Source: Octopus vulgaris (Eukaryota). Taken from it: 64,000 nucleotides of DNA. The stretch's first letter is position 1. The number at the start of each line of letters is the position of its first letter. The stretch spans positions 101,432,001 through 101,496,000 of the forward strand of contig OX597818.1 of the NCBI GenBank assembly GCA_951406725.2, written 5' to 3'. The position numbers and the translations under genes are program-made. A model generated the notes under the pieces. It had not been told where the DNA came from. It saw only the letters and a list, made by a program, of their open reading frames with translations, and did no database searches. Of the stretch, positions 13,679-28,854 are shown in pieces.

Positions 13679-14944
13679 GTATGTGTTTGTGTGTGTTTAC
13701 GAGGGCTGATTATTGAGTATCTGGGCTGTTGCCATGGTAACCAACTGTAACGCGTAAAGTGAAGTCATTAGGCCAAACTCTACTGCGCCTGCGCATAGAA
13801 CTTTAGTTTTCTAGCCAATTTCCGGGTTGTGCAGCAGTTCTTCCATGGCATGTGTGTAACTTGCGATCGCCGTCTTGTAAATGACAGAGTATGTTGAGCA
13901 AACAATCTGCATCAAAGCTTGGCGATATTTAGAAAAAATGTTCATTGTTATCGATAGATTAAAGCAGATAATGTGATGATAATTATCTGAACTCAACCGT
14001 ATATTACCTGCATAACTTGCGTATTGTGCTTTTGTGATTTCCCCTCAAAGATGTACGCATGGCTGCGATATTTTTGTCAGTACTCTTCGTTGCGGTTCTC
14101 AGAAAACATTGCACAATATCGACATTTTTCGGCCATCTTTGAAACAATCACACATTATATCAATTCGACTATCAAACGTCACACACCTTACATCCAAGTA
14201 GTGTTGTAAACAGCGGGAGCAAGCTAGAGTCTAAACCTTAGTGCTCATGCACAGCAGTATTCGGGGTCAATATGTTCCTATCGGCTTTATTCTAAGTTCT
14301 TTTGCTTCATTACTTTTGCAACATTCCGGATACAAATTCATCAGCCATCATATATATGCCGTCGAATGGAGAGAACTTGAAATACTCACAATAGAAAACA
14401 TGAATGAGTGGTGCAATCATTTCGAATTTAACTTAATGGAGGTCTAGTCTTACAAGATCGAGGTCAGCTATAAGAGATAATCCAGATGAGCTGATATGGA
14501 GATAGTGACGCAGAGGAGCATGCTTAGTCTTTATATAAGTAGATACAGCAACACACATACACAAATACGCACTCACACGCATATATATATATATATATAT
14601 ATACATTTGCGAGTGTGTGTATGTGTGCGTGCGTGTGTCTCCGTATGAGTGTGTGTCCATGCTTGTGTACATATAACGAGAGGATCTCTTAATTTTTAGA
14701 AGTGATCGAAACCTGAAGTTATGTCGTATATCACTGCGGATATTCATTTTCTTTTACATTAGAAACAAATGGGTAATGTGTTGCATCCTTCAGTATTTGG
14801 AATTGCAAATACTGTATATATTAAAAACAAAATAATGCCCAACGGTTTGCTAAACAAATTTCAAACGTGGAAACAACGATTCACGGGTACATATATGTTG
14901 CAAAGGGAATATGACAATATCCATTGTAAATGAGGCGTACATAC

Positions 14945-15046
14945 CGAAGCTTTGGAGTTGTCCTTATGGTATTTGTTACCTCATTTTGCAGAATTGATTT
15001 GGTGTCATTTTGAAGCTCCTCGGCTGTAGTTGAATTCAGTGCATTA
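14945..15046 (-). CDS. Gene A 102-nt exon copy 2 (NALNSTTAEELQNDTKSILQNEVTNTIRTTPKLR)
   Basis: Intact AG/GT sites, phase 2-2, open frame. Confidence 0.65.
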
Positions 15047-15953
15047 CTGGCATTAAGGAAAAAAGGTCATACATTTTATCCATCATTGCTACAGACACCA
15101 GCAACATAATGAAACAATAATTGATTTAAACAAAGTATAGATGGTAGATTGTATTTAGCATTGACAATGATTAGTCACGTACAAAATATAAAACTTAAGT
15201 ATTTAGAGCAGCAAATATCAAAACCCCATCTTAAAAATTCGTTCAATTCCTATGGATATCGGAAAAATTCATACATAACTTTCCTTACAAGTGGTGCTAT
15301 CAACGCGTTATGTACCTAGGTTTTAACATCATATACTTTGAGTCACCTTGCGCAGAAATACACTGATCCCAGCGTTCCTGCCACATTTGGAATTCGACCT
15401 GGAATACGTCGTCCGTACGTGTCGAGGACCTTCTGCTATTAATTGTGAATCTCGACAACGGTTTTGAAACGATGATCTTTGTTCTACTTTTTATCGAAGT
15501 TATTGGATGGAAGATCGAAGGAGATAAATCTTCCAAATGGCATTGGTGCAGCAGCGATAACATTTTGGTTTTGGCGAGAAACTAACAGGTCAGATGTGGT
15601 GAAAAATCCATTTCTTTGCACTCCAAAAACACGGTCGATTTTGCCGAATGTCCTATTTCAAAACATCGCAATCGAACCCTCGATTAACAGTTTGGATCAA
15701 GGTATCCGTTATCACCCTTACCAACAAAAATAACAATAATAGCGATAACCAATTACATCCATGTATTTATCTACGTGATAAGACATTCACTCGTGAATTT
15801 CACCACAGACAACATGGACAAAATTTCTTCTGAAGAAAATATACATATTCAAATAAGTAAAACATAATATCATGAATAGCGATAGCGAAACTTGTCGATA
15901 TATGAAAAATTATAATAAATCTATGTAATTATGCGTGTTTTCATTTTTTAATT

Positions 15954-16011
<58 letters not shown>

Positions 16012-16027
16012 ATCTCTCTCTCTATAT

Positions 16028-16083
<56 letters not shown>

Positions 16084-16101
16084 GCATATGTATATATAGA
16101 C

Positions 16102-16162
<61 letters not shown>

Positions 16163-17060
16163 GTATGTGTTTGTGTGTGTTTACGAGGGCTGATTATTGA
16201 GTATCTGGGCTGTTGCCATGGTAACAAACTGTAACGCGTAAAGTGAAGTCATTAGGCCAAACTCTACAGCGCCTGCGCATAGAACTTTAGTTTTCTAGCC
16301 AATTTCCGCGTTGTGCAGCAGTTCTTCCATGGCATGTGTGTAACTTGCGATCGCCGTCTTGTAAATGACAGAATATGTTGAGCAAACAATCTGCATCAAA
16401 TCTTGGCGATATTTAGAAAAAATGTTCATAGTTATCGATAGATTAAAGCAGATAATGTGATGATAATGATCTGAACTCAACCGTATATTACCTGCATAAC
16501 TTGCGTATTGTGCTTTTGTGATTTCCCCTCAAAGATGTACGCATGGCTGCGATATTTTTGTCAGTACTCTTGGTTGCGGTTCTCAGAAAACATTCCACAA
16601 TATCGACATTTTTCGGCCATCTTGGAAACAATCACACATTATATCAATTCGACTATCAAACGTCACACACCTTACATCCAAGTAGTGTTGTAAACAGCGG
16701 GAGTAAGCTAGAGTCTAAACCTTAGTGCTCATGCACAGCAGTATTCGGGTTCAATATGTTCCTATCGGCTTTATTCTAAGTTCTTTTGCTTCATTACTTT
16801 TGCAACATTCCGGATACAAATTCATCAGCCATCATATATATGACGTCGAATGGCGAGGACTTGAAATACTCACAATAGAAAACATGAATGAGTGGTGCAA
16901 TCATTTCGAATTTACCTTAATGGAGGTCTAGACTTACAGGATGGAGGGCTGCTATAAGAGAAATCCAGATATGCTGATATGGAGATAGTGACGCAGACGA
17001 GCATGAGTAGTCTTTATATAAGTACATACAGCAACACACATACACAAATACGCACTCACA

Positions 17061-17101
<41 letters not shown>

Positions 17102-17437
17102 TTGTGAGTGTGTGTATGTGTGCGTGCGTGCGTCTCGTATGAGTGTGTTTACACGCTTGTGTATATATATCGAGAGAGTCTTCTAATTTTTAGAAAGAAT
17201 GGAGACCTGAATATATGTCGTATAACACTATGGAAATTAATTTCTTTTTCATTAGTAACAAATGGGTGATGTGTTGCATCCTTCAGTATTTGGAATTGCA
17301 AATACTGTATATATTAAAAACACAATAATACCCAACATGTTGCTAAACAAATTTCAAACGTGGAAACAACGATTCACGGGTACATATATGTTGCAAAGAG
17401 AATATGATAATATCCATTGTAAATGAGGCGTACATAC

Positions 17438-17539
17438 TGAAGCTTTGGAGTTGTCCTTATGGTACTTGTTACCTCATGTTGCAGAATTGTTTTGGTGTAA
17501 TTTTGAATCTCCTCCGCTGTAGTGGAATTCAGTGCATTA
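17438..17539 (-). CDS. Gene A 102-nt exon, first copy in transcript order (NALNSTTAEEIQNYTKTILQHEVTSTIRTTPKL)
   Basis: Acceptor tttttttccttaataccag| and donor |gtatgt. Open only in phase 2. Thr-rich with N-glycosylation sequons. Confidence 0.7.
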
Positions 17540-17799
17540 CTGGTATTAAGGAAAAAAAGTTCATACATTTTATCCATCATTGCTACAGCAGCATAATTAA
17601 ACAATAATTGCTTTAAACGAAGTATAGATGATAGATTGTAAATAGCATTGACGATGATTAGTCACGTACAAAATATAAAACTTAAGTATTTAGAGCAGCA
17701 AATATCAAAACCCCACTTTACAAAATTCGTTTAATTTCTATGGATAATGTAAAAATTCATACATAATTTTCCTTATAAATGGTGCTATCAACACGTTAC

Positions 17800-18608
17800 G
17801 TACCTAGGTTTTAACAGCATATACTTCTAGTTACCTTGCGCAGAATATACACTGTTCCCAGCGTCCCTGCTCCTTTTGGAATTCGGCCTGGATTTCGTCG
17901 TCCCTACGTGTATCGAGGACCTTCTGCTATTAACTGTGAATCTCGACAACGGTTTTGAAACGGTGATCTTTGTTCTAATTTTCATAGAAGTGAAGGGATG
18001 AAAGCCCGAAGGAGATAAATCTTGCAAATAGGACTGGTGAAAAAACGATAACATTTTCGTTTTCGCGAGAAACTCATGGTGAGATATGGTGAAAAATCCA
18101 ATCCTTTGCACTGCACAGACATGCTTGATTTCGCTGAATGTCCTCCCTTCAAAACCTCGCAGTCGAACCCTCGCTTAACAGTTTGGATGAAGGTAGGCTA
18201 GATCAAATCTCATTGCACAGTAACACATTTCCAGCTGTGATACTTGCGGTAGGTTTTTTAGAAGGTTAATTGTCTTCCAGGGATGTTTCCCCGCTTTTGT
18301 ACAGCACGTCACATTTGAAATATTGCGTAAAACCCATTGCTTGGTGGCTGTAAGCTTGCCGAAGAATGTGCAATTTCTCTGAAGCAGAATTGTCAAGTTT
18401 AATACAAAATTTCACGTAGGCTCTTTGTTCCGTATTCCTTCTCATGGCAGAATCGCAGACTACTGCATATACGCGACCGCATAAGGACAAAGTTCAGACG
18501 TCGGGAAGTAAACACTGTGATGTTATACGGTACGTTGGTTCATGATGGTCACTTCACCCTGCTGGCGCGTAGACAGCTACTCCGTGGATATTTTCATACA
18601 ACCTCATA
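17800..18608 (-). mobile_element. Degenerate, internally deleted mariner (Tc1/mariner) transposon
   Basis: N-terminus EQRAYVKFCIKL...AY...GETSLED. C-terminus DLSPSGFHPF resembles YSPDLAPSDF, and the array copies read W..RW..C..AQGD. TATGAGGTTG-type end near 18608. Confidence 0.8.
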
Positions 18609-19400
18609 CAACAGTTAGATTAGAAGTGGGATACCGACATTCTGGCGTTTGATATTAAGGGTATAAGTCTGCGAACTGATGGATAAATGTCAGTTCATTA
18701 CAACTGTTTCTTACACACTTTTTAGAAGAAAATTAGAATATGTAAATTCAAAACAACGTAATAGTCGGATGTAACATAATTCCAAGCGATAGGATATCCC
18801 AAGAACACAGTTGAAACATGCCTTAGGTCAGCCGAAGGTGACCGTGAAATAGGAGCAAGAAGAAAAAAAAAGGCTGTTACGGTCATTAGGAGGTGGAGTG
18901 AGAATGTTTAATATGACATTTATGGTCCGTGTGCCTTCAAGCTAAATGCACAATATACATATTAATACAAAAGTCAAGTTTGATGTTTGATTAAATGTAC
19001 ATAAAGATTAGATCGAAAGATAAGCAGTACCGTTTTATATATGTATATTTTGATTTGATTTTTCTAATTTATGCATGTTGTACAAATATAAACGTTTGTT
19101 CATGCAAAACTGGAATGACAGAGAATATGTGTATTGACTAAACAATTGTGAATGAATGTACATATTTTTTTTAGGACTTTGAACTTTAAAATCATTTTTT
19201 CATTGTTTAACGATTTGCATTTCCTCCACTATTTTCTTATCTTTTCCATCCTAATTCACCAAATTGACATCTAAAAATGTTTCTTTGTGAGAAAATGTGT
19301 TTATTAGCTAATATGTTGATAGGTATACAATAAAAAGGAAAAAGAAAATAAAAATCATTTGTAATGAAATTTCCAAGGATTGTTAACATCAAATTCAAAA

Positions 19401-19434
<34 letters not shown>

Positions 19435-20261
19435 TCATCTATCCTTTCTCCATCATTTATTATTTCTTGATTGTCATGACACCTCTCTCTCTGCCTATTC
19501 CCTACTCTTTCTTTTTTCTTTCTCTCCTTTTTGTCTTTCCCTCCTTTTCCCCAAAAAGAAAACTACTTCGCTCTAGTATTAAACAAATTCAAAAAGCATC
19601 GGATACATATAAATGCACAACGAAATTTTCTATTTTTAACGTTTTGATTTTGATTTTGTTGTGACGAGTTCGATAAACAAACGAAAGCGCTAGTAAAATT
19701 CCGACTACTTCCTTTTTCTCAATATACAATATCTATAAACTACTTTAAATACTCAAAGCCTACACGCACAAACACACACACTCACAAACACACACAAACA
19801 TATGTATACACTCAAGCCCACACACACATACATACTTATATATTTACTGTGGCTGTGTGTTCAGTGCTTATATCCTCAACACCACTTCATAATTGATGTT
19901 ATTTTGTTTACGTTCAAGTAACCTAGAGTTTCGTTATAAGAGGCCAATAACAAATGGACCAGGAATAAACAAAAAGTATAGGTGTCGCTCTGTTCGATAA
20001 AATTTCTTCAAGCCTGTGCCCAGTGTAATTGCAGTCTGATGACTGAAAATTTTAAGAGAACCACTGAACTCCGTAGTAAAAATTTGAGCTAAGGGAGATA
20101 ACACTTATTCGACTTTCACACTAATATTTTAGCCTTGAAAACTCTTGCAGCTAATTTACATGTTAGAAATAACAACCGAAATGGTTTTAAATCAGATGCC
20201 AATTCTCCATATTCGAGAAGCAAATTAATTCCTGATTTTTAAACCCCGATCATCCAGATTT

Positions 20262-20311
<50 letters not shown>

Positions 20312-20334
20312 GTATATATATGTATATATTTATG

Positions 20335-20373
<39 letters not shown>

Positions 20374-20400
20374 GTATATATATATGTACATATATATATG

Positions 20401-20452
<52 letters not shown>

Positions 20453-20485
20453 ACAAATTTAGGCAAAATTCAATTTGTACTAAAT

Positions 20486-20534
<49 letters not shown>

Positions 20535-20565
20535 GTACAAATTGAATCTTGCCTAAAGTTGTTCT

Positions 20566-20732
<167 letters not shown>

Positions 20733-22465
20733 AGCAGAGTTACACGGCGTTGCCCGTGTTACATGCAATTGAAGAATTGGACTTTTTGTCGTATATATTC
20801 TGTTGTTAACTGGAATACTTTTGTTTCGAATTTCATTGCAGATGGAGGTTATTTCCCTCTTTACACGCCCGAAAAAGATTGTAATCGTTCCACATGTATC
20901 CCATACCACTGACTGTTTATGCGCATCTTCCAAAATTCCAGTCTTTAAGAACCTGTTAAAAGGATTTTGCTCCTGATAAATGAAGGCCACGGAGCTCTAA
21001 AATGTGAGATTTAAGACCCATATTGGAGGTGAGCGTCATAATTCCAACCTGAGGAGTTGAATAGTAGAAAATCTTTTTTAAATTGGGTCTTATATCAATT
21101 GTTTGAATTTCTTTGAAATAGGAAATATATGTTCACTGGGTTTGTAAAAGAGAGCAAAGCTACAGGAAACCAAAAGACGAATTATCACAAGCAGTCACCT
21201 AGAGTAACCTAGTCGTTACCACTCTCAATGTAGGATTCCTCACCATACAGGTGACAGGTACAGCCGTAAGATGCATTATGAATCTATTGCAATTGGAAGG
21301 GTGCGAACCAACTGAAATATACATTAACAACTGTGTGACGTGAGGGCTAAGGGGAAATAAAAGTTGGAGTTTGCGAATGACCCCTCTACTGATACGTAAC
21401 TGGACAGAAAAAAATTACAATCTATAAATGTCTTTGACTAACCAGTCACTCATATGGGAAGGCCTTCAAATAATTGTTACCATCTGGAGACTATGTGTGA
21501 CACAGTGATAATAAAAAGACTGAAAGTGTGTCTGCAATCAAATAACTTTACTCAACACTTTGCAACTGAATCAGCGGAAATAAAGATGCCTCTCATTTAC
21601 TTAACAATTTATGCCGAAATCACAAACTAAGTGTATGTCAAAGCAAACTCTTACATTGTTGTACCATTGAATTGCAAATAATTCTCATACGTTATGCTCG
21701 GGTGACCCTACATCTTCCTAGAGCACAAGTGTATTCGTCTTTGCTTAGATAAAATGGTGAAATTGCGGGCATTACGTCTCCATGAAGGGGTCTTTCTAAC
21801 TCGTAAGAAGATAACATTTTATAAATATTACTTCATTTGTACCTTACATGTATGGTTAAAATTTCATGAACAGCAGAAATATATGAATTTTCGTGGTGTT
21901 TATGGCCTTTATGCATAGAATATAATTTCCAAATTTCCTAAAATCCATTCAGTACTTTTGCCCTAGTTTTGGATCATAAAAGAAATGACTAAAAGTTGGG
22001 AGTTAAGGCCACCATGGGGCTGTCTTACATTCCCCATGTGAAGTGGAAAACTTGAGAATATTTCTTGACATGTGTCAATTATCCATGGTTGAAATTCCAT
22101 CAACATTTTAAATTTAGAAATGTTCGTGGTGGTTCTGCCCCCTTTACGCCATCTGAAGTGCAAACCAAACATATTGCGTTATACCTGCCCTTATGCATTG
22201 AATCTAAGTTTCAAATATCATCAGGATACATTCAGTAATTTTGGTCCATGAAATTATATGAAACGCACAGCATTACCCTTCTCAATAGGCTTGGATTTTG
22301 TGTTCCAAATTTCATTATGATCGGTGCAGTCAGTTTCGAATGTATAAGTAACACTCGAACACATAAAGACATTAACTTTGATATAATAGATATAAATGAG
22401 CATATATACATACATCTATATATATGTATATATATATATCTGTGTGTGTGTGTGTGTGTGTGCTT

Positions 22466-22509
<44 letters not shown>

Positions 22510-22574
22510 AAAGATAATAATTTGATAGATATAAAGTAAGTGGGCAAGCAAAAATATGAGACACAGCCTAGTGC

Positions 22575-22890
22575 TTTTTTTGTTGATACGCCTGGTACTT
22601 ATTCTATCAGATTCTTCTTATGAAACTAGTAATTTATGGGGCTGTAATTAGACGAGCAGCAGTTTTGAAGCGGTGACGAGGGAGAAACACAAATACACAC
22701 ACATAGTCTTACATATATACATATAAATACGATTGATTTCTTTCAGTTTCTCTCTACAAAATCCACTGACAAGGTTTCGGTTGGTCTGAGGCACGAGTCA
22801 AATGCCAAGTCACCACACAGTGGGACTGAACCCAGGACCATATGTTTTGGAACAACGTTTGTTACCAGACAACCACACCTGCACTTATGT
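22575..22890 (-). mobile_element. Degenerate SINE (third family); related copy at about 44270-44650
   Basis: gggttcagtcccactgtgtgg B-box region and the shared caaatccac..caag core. Confidence 0.55.
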
Positions 22891-23332
22891 ATGTGTGTCC
22901 GTGGATGTATAAGTGTAATAGTTTCACTTTAATAGTTTCGGTATTAAAGTGAAACTATTAAAGTGAAAGCATTTGACATTACAACAGTGAGATGTTTCGT
23001 TTCACTTTTGACACATAATACTGAAATAGTGGAAGAGATATGATATTGCTGTGGGCTCGCTCTAGGCAAGAAGTTAAAGTGTTATTGCCCATTACATTAC
23101 ATGGACCCTAAGTAAGGCATGTATAAACTTTGAATGAAATTGGTTGAGTAGTTCTCAAGTAATAGGAATTCACACAGACACACAGACAGACACACATTCG
23201 CAGTTTTATATATATATAGATATATATGAACATGTAAACAAACACACATATACATATTCGTGATATGAGAATGTGTATGCGCACGATTATATATATATAT
23301 ATATGTATATATGTGTGTTTGTGTGTGTGTGC

Positions 23333-23366
<34 letters not shown>

Positions 23367-24196
23367 GAAAACATACATAAATACACGTATATGTGTACGC
23401 TTGTCTGTGTTGGTAAGTATAAGTTTATGACGATAAAAATATGTCGTAAAACGTAAAACCCTGATGAAAAGTTATGTTATAAGAAGCAAACTAAAACTTT
23501 TCTCTCTCCCTAAAATGTAAACTTATGTATTTGATATGTTTGTGAAAAGATATTAAAAAGTTAATAATGCGTTTAGAATAAAATGAAGATGTGATTGAGT
23601 TAAAATTTTGTCAGTATGAGATTTTCAATATGTAGAACAATAAATTAAAGGCATTGGTTGCAACAAGTACAGCAATCAATGTGTATACTATCAAGTGTAT
23701 TTATTTCTGCATAAGTTCTACTCAAAATATACGAATTTTCTTCGAAAAGGCAATAAAATTAGTAGTCGTTATATATGTACCATAAAAGGACGAATTATAC
23801 ATTTGTGCTAACCAGACTTTGATTAATAAGAAAGCATATAACACAAATGTTAACTTCGTATAATTAGAAATTACGCAATAGATTTGAAATATTTACGATA
23901 GAAGGTTTTGAACTATATAATTTGATGAAGTCTTCAAATTTTGCAATATAATTCTAACAGACCTATCTAAAACTATATTTATCTTGGCTTTATTTATTCA
24001 CTCATGAGATTCAGGATGTACAAAACAATTACTACAGGAAATTTCAGATCCCCCGAGTTAATATTTTCTCGACATGTGTAGATATATAAAACAATAATCT
24101 CCGGATATAATATTTATATCGAATGCATTAAAACATGTTATATCAAATGGGAACATTTTATATCAAATATAAAAAAAAATATCATAGTTTACTTAC

Positions 24197-24240
24197 ATAA
24201 GAGAAACGGAGAGAATGAGCACGAAAATTATATTTCGCAT
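24197..24240 (-). CDS. Gene A first coding exon, signal peptide MRNIIFVLILSVSL(I)
   Basis: ATG at 24240 with a basic-then-hydrophobic N-terminus. Ends AT|gtaagt (consensus donor, phase 2). Joins in frame to the 102-nt exon, giving ...SVSLINA-LNSTT, a plausible cleavage site. Confidence 0.7.
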
Positions 24241-25719
24241 ACTTATTTTTATTTCTCGTTTTTCAGCAATTCAAATTTCAAATATCTCAATCAGATTTCT
24301 TCATGAAATCTCAATGCTTGTCAAAGTGGAGCAGAAGGACTTATAGGTATTTAGTAATAAGAAACAGCTCAAATATCATTCATGTAATATACATAAAATG
24401 ACTAATAATCGTTCTGCTTCGGTGTCGAACAAAGGCTTTAAATCAAATGGATCTCAATGACGTTGCATGATAATTGTTGTAAACTTGAAATCCTGTATCG
24501 TAGTGCACATACCTATGCACACAGACACACCCAAACATATACACAGAGGAAAAACCCACACAAGTTGGTCGAGGACGTTAAGTGTATGGACTTGTTTGCA
24601 ATGTATATCTGATGTCGATTGCATCGATAACTAGCTACTGGTTTTATATATATATAGAACTTATAAACGAAAGCAAAAGAAAAATTATTTGCATGCTTAA
24701 ATGCTGATAACAGACTTTAATTCGTCAATTTCCACATATTCATATCATTAAGCACTAAAAATATACGTAGTGCTGAAATCGGGAAACTAGCCAAAATAAT
24801 TTTTTTTTAAATGTTTGTTATTTCTATATTAAATCATTTTCGGAATTAAATCCCATGGATTTTGTTACTCTTCAGTCGAAAATACGAGAAGAAATAAATG
24901 AAATACTTACATGCACCCATGGAAAAAGAGTAGAAGCACAAGTCATGTGTACATATAAGTATCCCAGTTATATCTAAATATACGATTCTATGTTATCAAC
25001 GTATTGGCATGGAAATAACTTTTCTTGTGCCCTTGTTTATAAGCTGTGTATAATTTTTAACCTTTAAAGGTATTTTAATATGCTGCTACTTTTTGATGAA
25101 ATTTTTTTCTGAAAAAGATTTCATCCTATATTAATAATATATTTTTTACTGACAACATACAAGGTCTTGGGATGCAATATGATCATAAAAATCTACTTGT
25201 AGAACTCTAACCTCAACTACAAATCTTGGGTCTGTCAGGGATGAGCAGGGAGTGAGGTTTCAACTGGACATTCTGAATATCGAAACCCTGTACAAAGAAT
25301 GTGAAGCTCTGTTATGTTGGTTGATTACTAGTTTTTCCTTAAAAAGGGCGTTTCCAGAAGCAAAATACAGACGAAAATCTTACTCTTCTATGTTTATGGG
25401 TAAGTTTCCTTGTGATATTAACCTAATATTTTTCATGAAATACAATTGTTTAACATTTTATATATGCTATCACCGAAAAACTATAACCTATGGAAAAAAC
25501 TGAAAAAGCACTTTTGCAGATCAAATTCTATTAAGTTCGCGTACATTTGTTTCTGCAATAGAATTTTTCATTAATTATTTTGACCAATTTTAATTATCAA
25601 CCGTATTTCTGCATCAATATAGTACATTTATTTTATGAGTTAACTTGCATTATGACACGTCTTTGCCGGGTCATAGTGCTAGTGCATGTATATATGTGTA
25701 TATATATATGTGTACATAT

Positions 25720-25759
<40 letters not shown>

Positions 25760-25989
25760 CACATAACATACAAAATACAAAGTTATATCTTGATATCACT
25801 TGTGATAACAATACTCAAAATATATAACAGACTGAAATTGTAGGACTATTCAATTTCTGCACGCTAATTTTATTTTTAATCTACTCCCATTTTTACTTTC
25901 GTTATGTTACGATTATATTATACTTTAGTTTGATTTTAGTTATTACTTACTACATTTAATTCAATTGTTATTATTACCTCAAACTTTCA

Positions 25990-26380
25990 TTGTTAAAGTG
26001 AAAGTATCTGACATGAAATGGAGAAATGTTTTTGTTTCACTTTTAACACGTAATACTGAAATAGTGGAGAAGATATGATATTGCTCTGGGCTCGCCTTAG
26101 GCAAGAAGTTGAACATTTGGTGCCCATGAAACTAAGTAAGGTAGGTGTAAAATTTGAATGAAATTGGTTGTGTAGTTCTCAAGTTTTAGGGAATCGTAGT
26201 GGAGAAGATATGATATTGCTGTGGGCTCGCCCTAGGCAAAAAGTTAAAGATTTTTTGCCGATGACACTCCCCGGACTCTAAGTAAGGCTTGTGTAAAATT
26301 GGTTGTGTAGTTCTCAGGTTTAGGGAAACAGACAGACAGACATACACACAGACACACATTCTCAGTTTTATATATAGAGA
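25990..26380. repeat. Interspersed repeat shared with 22955-23220, ending cagttttatatatatag (Helitron-like non-autonomous element)
   Basis: taatactgaaatagtggagaagatatgatattgct.tgggctcgc is present at both loci and internally duplicated. Confidence 0.55.
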
Positions 26381-26609
26381 GATTACTCTTTTACATAAAA
26401 CCCATGCCTGATAGAAACTTCTAAAATCAGATTCGGAAAGTTCACTTTCGTGGGACAAGAAATAGTTCGAATTTTGTTGACCAGTGTTATCAAAGATAAC
26501 AGAATATTTGAACATAGTCCATTATAAATATCAGTCACTAAACTGGAGATACAAAAGTTTGAGAAATTCGAGAAATTAATTATATTACTCAGCTTAGTAG
26601 AATATATTT

Positions 26610-27040
26610 ATTCTACTCTAAGCACAAGGCCCAAAATGTTGTGGGGATGAATGCTAGTCTATTAGATCGACCCCTGTACGCAACTGGTACTGAATATATC
26701 GACCCCGAAAGGATGAAAGGCAAAATCGACCTCGGTGGAATTTGAGCTCAGAATGTAAATACAGACGAAATACTCCTAAGCATTTCACCTGGCGTGCTGA
26801 ATTTTCTTATTTCTGTACCGCCAACAACGGGCTACACAGAGAGAGGACACACAAGGACATACAAATGGATTAAGTCGATTATATCGACTCCAGTGCGTAA
26901 CTGGTACTCATTTAATCGACACCGAAAGGATGAAAGGCAAAGTCCACCTCGGTGGAATTTGAACTCAGAACGTAGCGGCAGACGAAACACCGCTAAGCAT
27001 TTCCACCGGCGCGCTAACGCTTCTGCCACCTCACCGCGTT
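26610..27040 (-). mobile_element. Two adjacent copies of the same SINE family
   Basis: aaaggatgaaaggcaaa.tc.acctcggtggaatttga.ctcagaa occurs twice. Confidence 0.8.
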
Positions 27041-28854
27041 TAGGTCTATATATTGATATAGCATAATATATATTTAATCTCGATAAATCTAACTCCTAGT
27101 TAACACAGAATAGAAAAAGTGAAAAAATCGGTAATCGTATAAAAGAGCAAAAATAGGGCTATATCTTAGTTGCCTATTGGCATAATTATGATGATATTAT
27201 TATTTTTATCATAGATATTACACATATAGGGAGTTTAATCTTGGATTATAAATGAAATAAGTATAGATGTAAAGATAAATGTAATATTATGAATGTTTGT
27301 AGTGTAGGAAATATTTTCATTTTACATCCTGGCATCTTGTAATTAGTTCCTCTTATCGTTGAATCATAATTGATTTAGATTTACTATTTTAATTACAATG
27401 GAATGCGTCAGGTCCACATAGCTCACACCATCTATTGCTACCCTTATACGGTTTTGCGTTATATTCCATGAATCAAGCAATAATATATTCATTATTCGTA
27501 TGTATAAGAGAGTGTGTGAATTTGCCAACAACCGCATAATTAGCCTTGTTTGTATAACTCAATGTATATTTCTGATCATTCCCTCGAAGTTTGAATTACG
27601 AAGAGGATGCACCATTAGAAACATGTCATCTATAAGAGACATGTCCACTATAAGAGCAGTAATAGAATACTAAAACCTTGTTTCTGAATGGGACACATTG
27701 ATTTATTTCGACAGCTAGTTGAGTAATTTAGACAATTGATAGGTATAATCGGTTCAGTTAAATTATCATTAACAGTATTGTAACTAGAATTTAGTATATT
27801 TATTGCCTGCTGTAGATTTAATATTACGATTGCTTATATTGTTATAGATTGTTGTATTTTGTGTAGTATTATTTGTTGTATTATTGTTAGCTGTACGGTT
27901 TAATTAACAACAATTAAATCTAGCTATATATTTTCACGTGACTGAAAGTGGACTAACCGAATAGAATATATAAGAACTGAGTGAACTGACCGGGGATAGT
28001 TGACGGTATTAGGTCGATCGTGTAGGTTTATCGTGTTAATTCGACGTGCGTTGGATTTACAGCCGGTTGGTTCAAAAATGAAAATTTGAGCATGGTTCCT
28101 ATATTCGAGTAGTATAGAGTGCGTTCTCTCATTGGTTATTTTTCATAACCACAACCAGTTATTTATTTATTTGTGGTTATTATGTCATGTGTATACACCA
28201 AACCTGTATACCCATGACATAATAGTTATGTCGGCGAGATTATTCGAAGTTCATTCTAGACCGATTTTTGCTTGAACATGGAAGGTTTACTAGTTTCGAG
28301 AATACAATTACAGAAACAGGAACAACAACAACAACAGAAGGTTTCGGAATTTCATATGTAACAGTGACTCTTAGTGCAACTGATACATAAGAAACCTGAA
28401 AATGCATCTAGTTCGTTCACCTTCAACACTGTCGCAAACTCCATCGGAGAGTTCGCATATAACAAAGAACAGTGTACTACCTTCTCTGCTTATTTTCGAA
28501 GATAAGAGGAAATTTTTAGAGAAGAAGGCTGCGATTGGCAAGACGAGAACAGAGACACAACTTTGTTGAGAATATTGGCAGAAGCCGAGCATGAGAAATG
28601 TTGAAATTACATATCACAAAATATCTGGGTTAAGTTTGTTTTGAAGAAACGGTGAGATATTTTCAGCAAAATATGGTCTGTATTTAATACGTGCTGCTAA
28701 TGCCTGAATATTACAGCAACAACAACAACAAAAACAACAACAATAACAATAGCAATAATAATAATGATAATGATAATAATAACGACAACAACAACAATAG
28801 TAATAATAATAATAAGAATAAGAATAAGAATAATAATAATAATAATAATAATAA

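Larger units (their letters stand above)
3330..18200. repeat. Tandem array of ~2.47-kb units: one partial, Penelope-interrupted unit plus four exon-bearing units
   Basis: TACGAGGGCTGA mariner end recurs at 4699, 7561, 11231, 13698 and 16182. Paralogous ORFs recur at 2465-bp spacing (12835/15300, 13183/15648). Confidence 0.95.

Noticed and set aside
3330-18200. CRISPR-like or prokaryotic system interpretation of the repeats
   Set aside because: Units are kilobase-sized eukaryotic tandem duplications with no short repeat-spacer structure or cas genes.
24911-24973. 63-nt exon-like segment with GTAAGT donor upstream of gene A
   Set aside because: Stop in phase 2 and located 5' of the ATG exon. 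It could be a UTR exon but cannot be assigned as coding.
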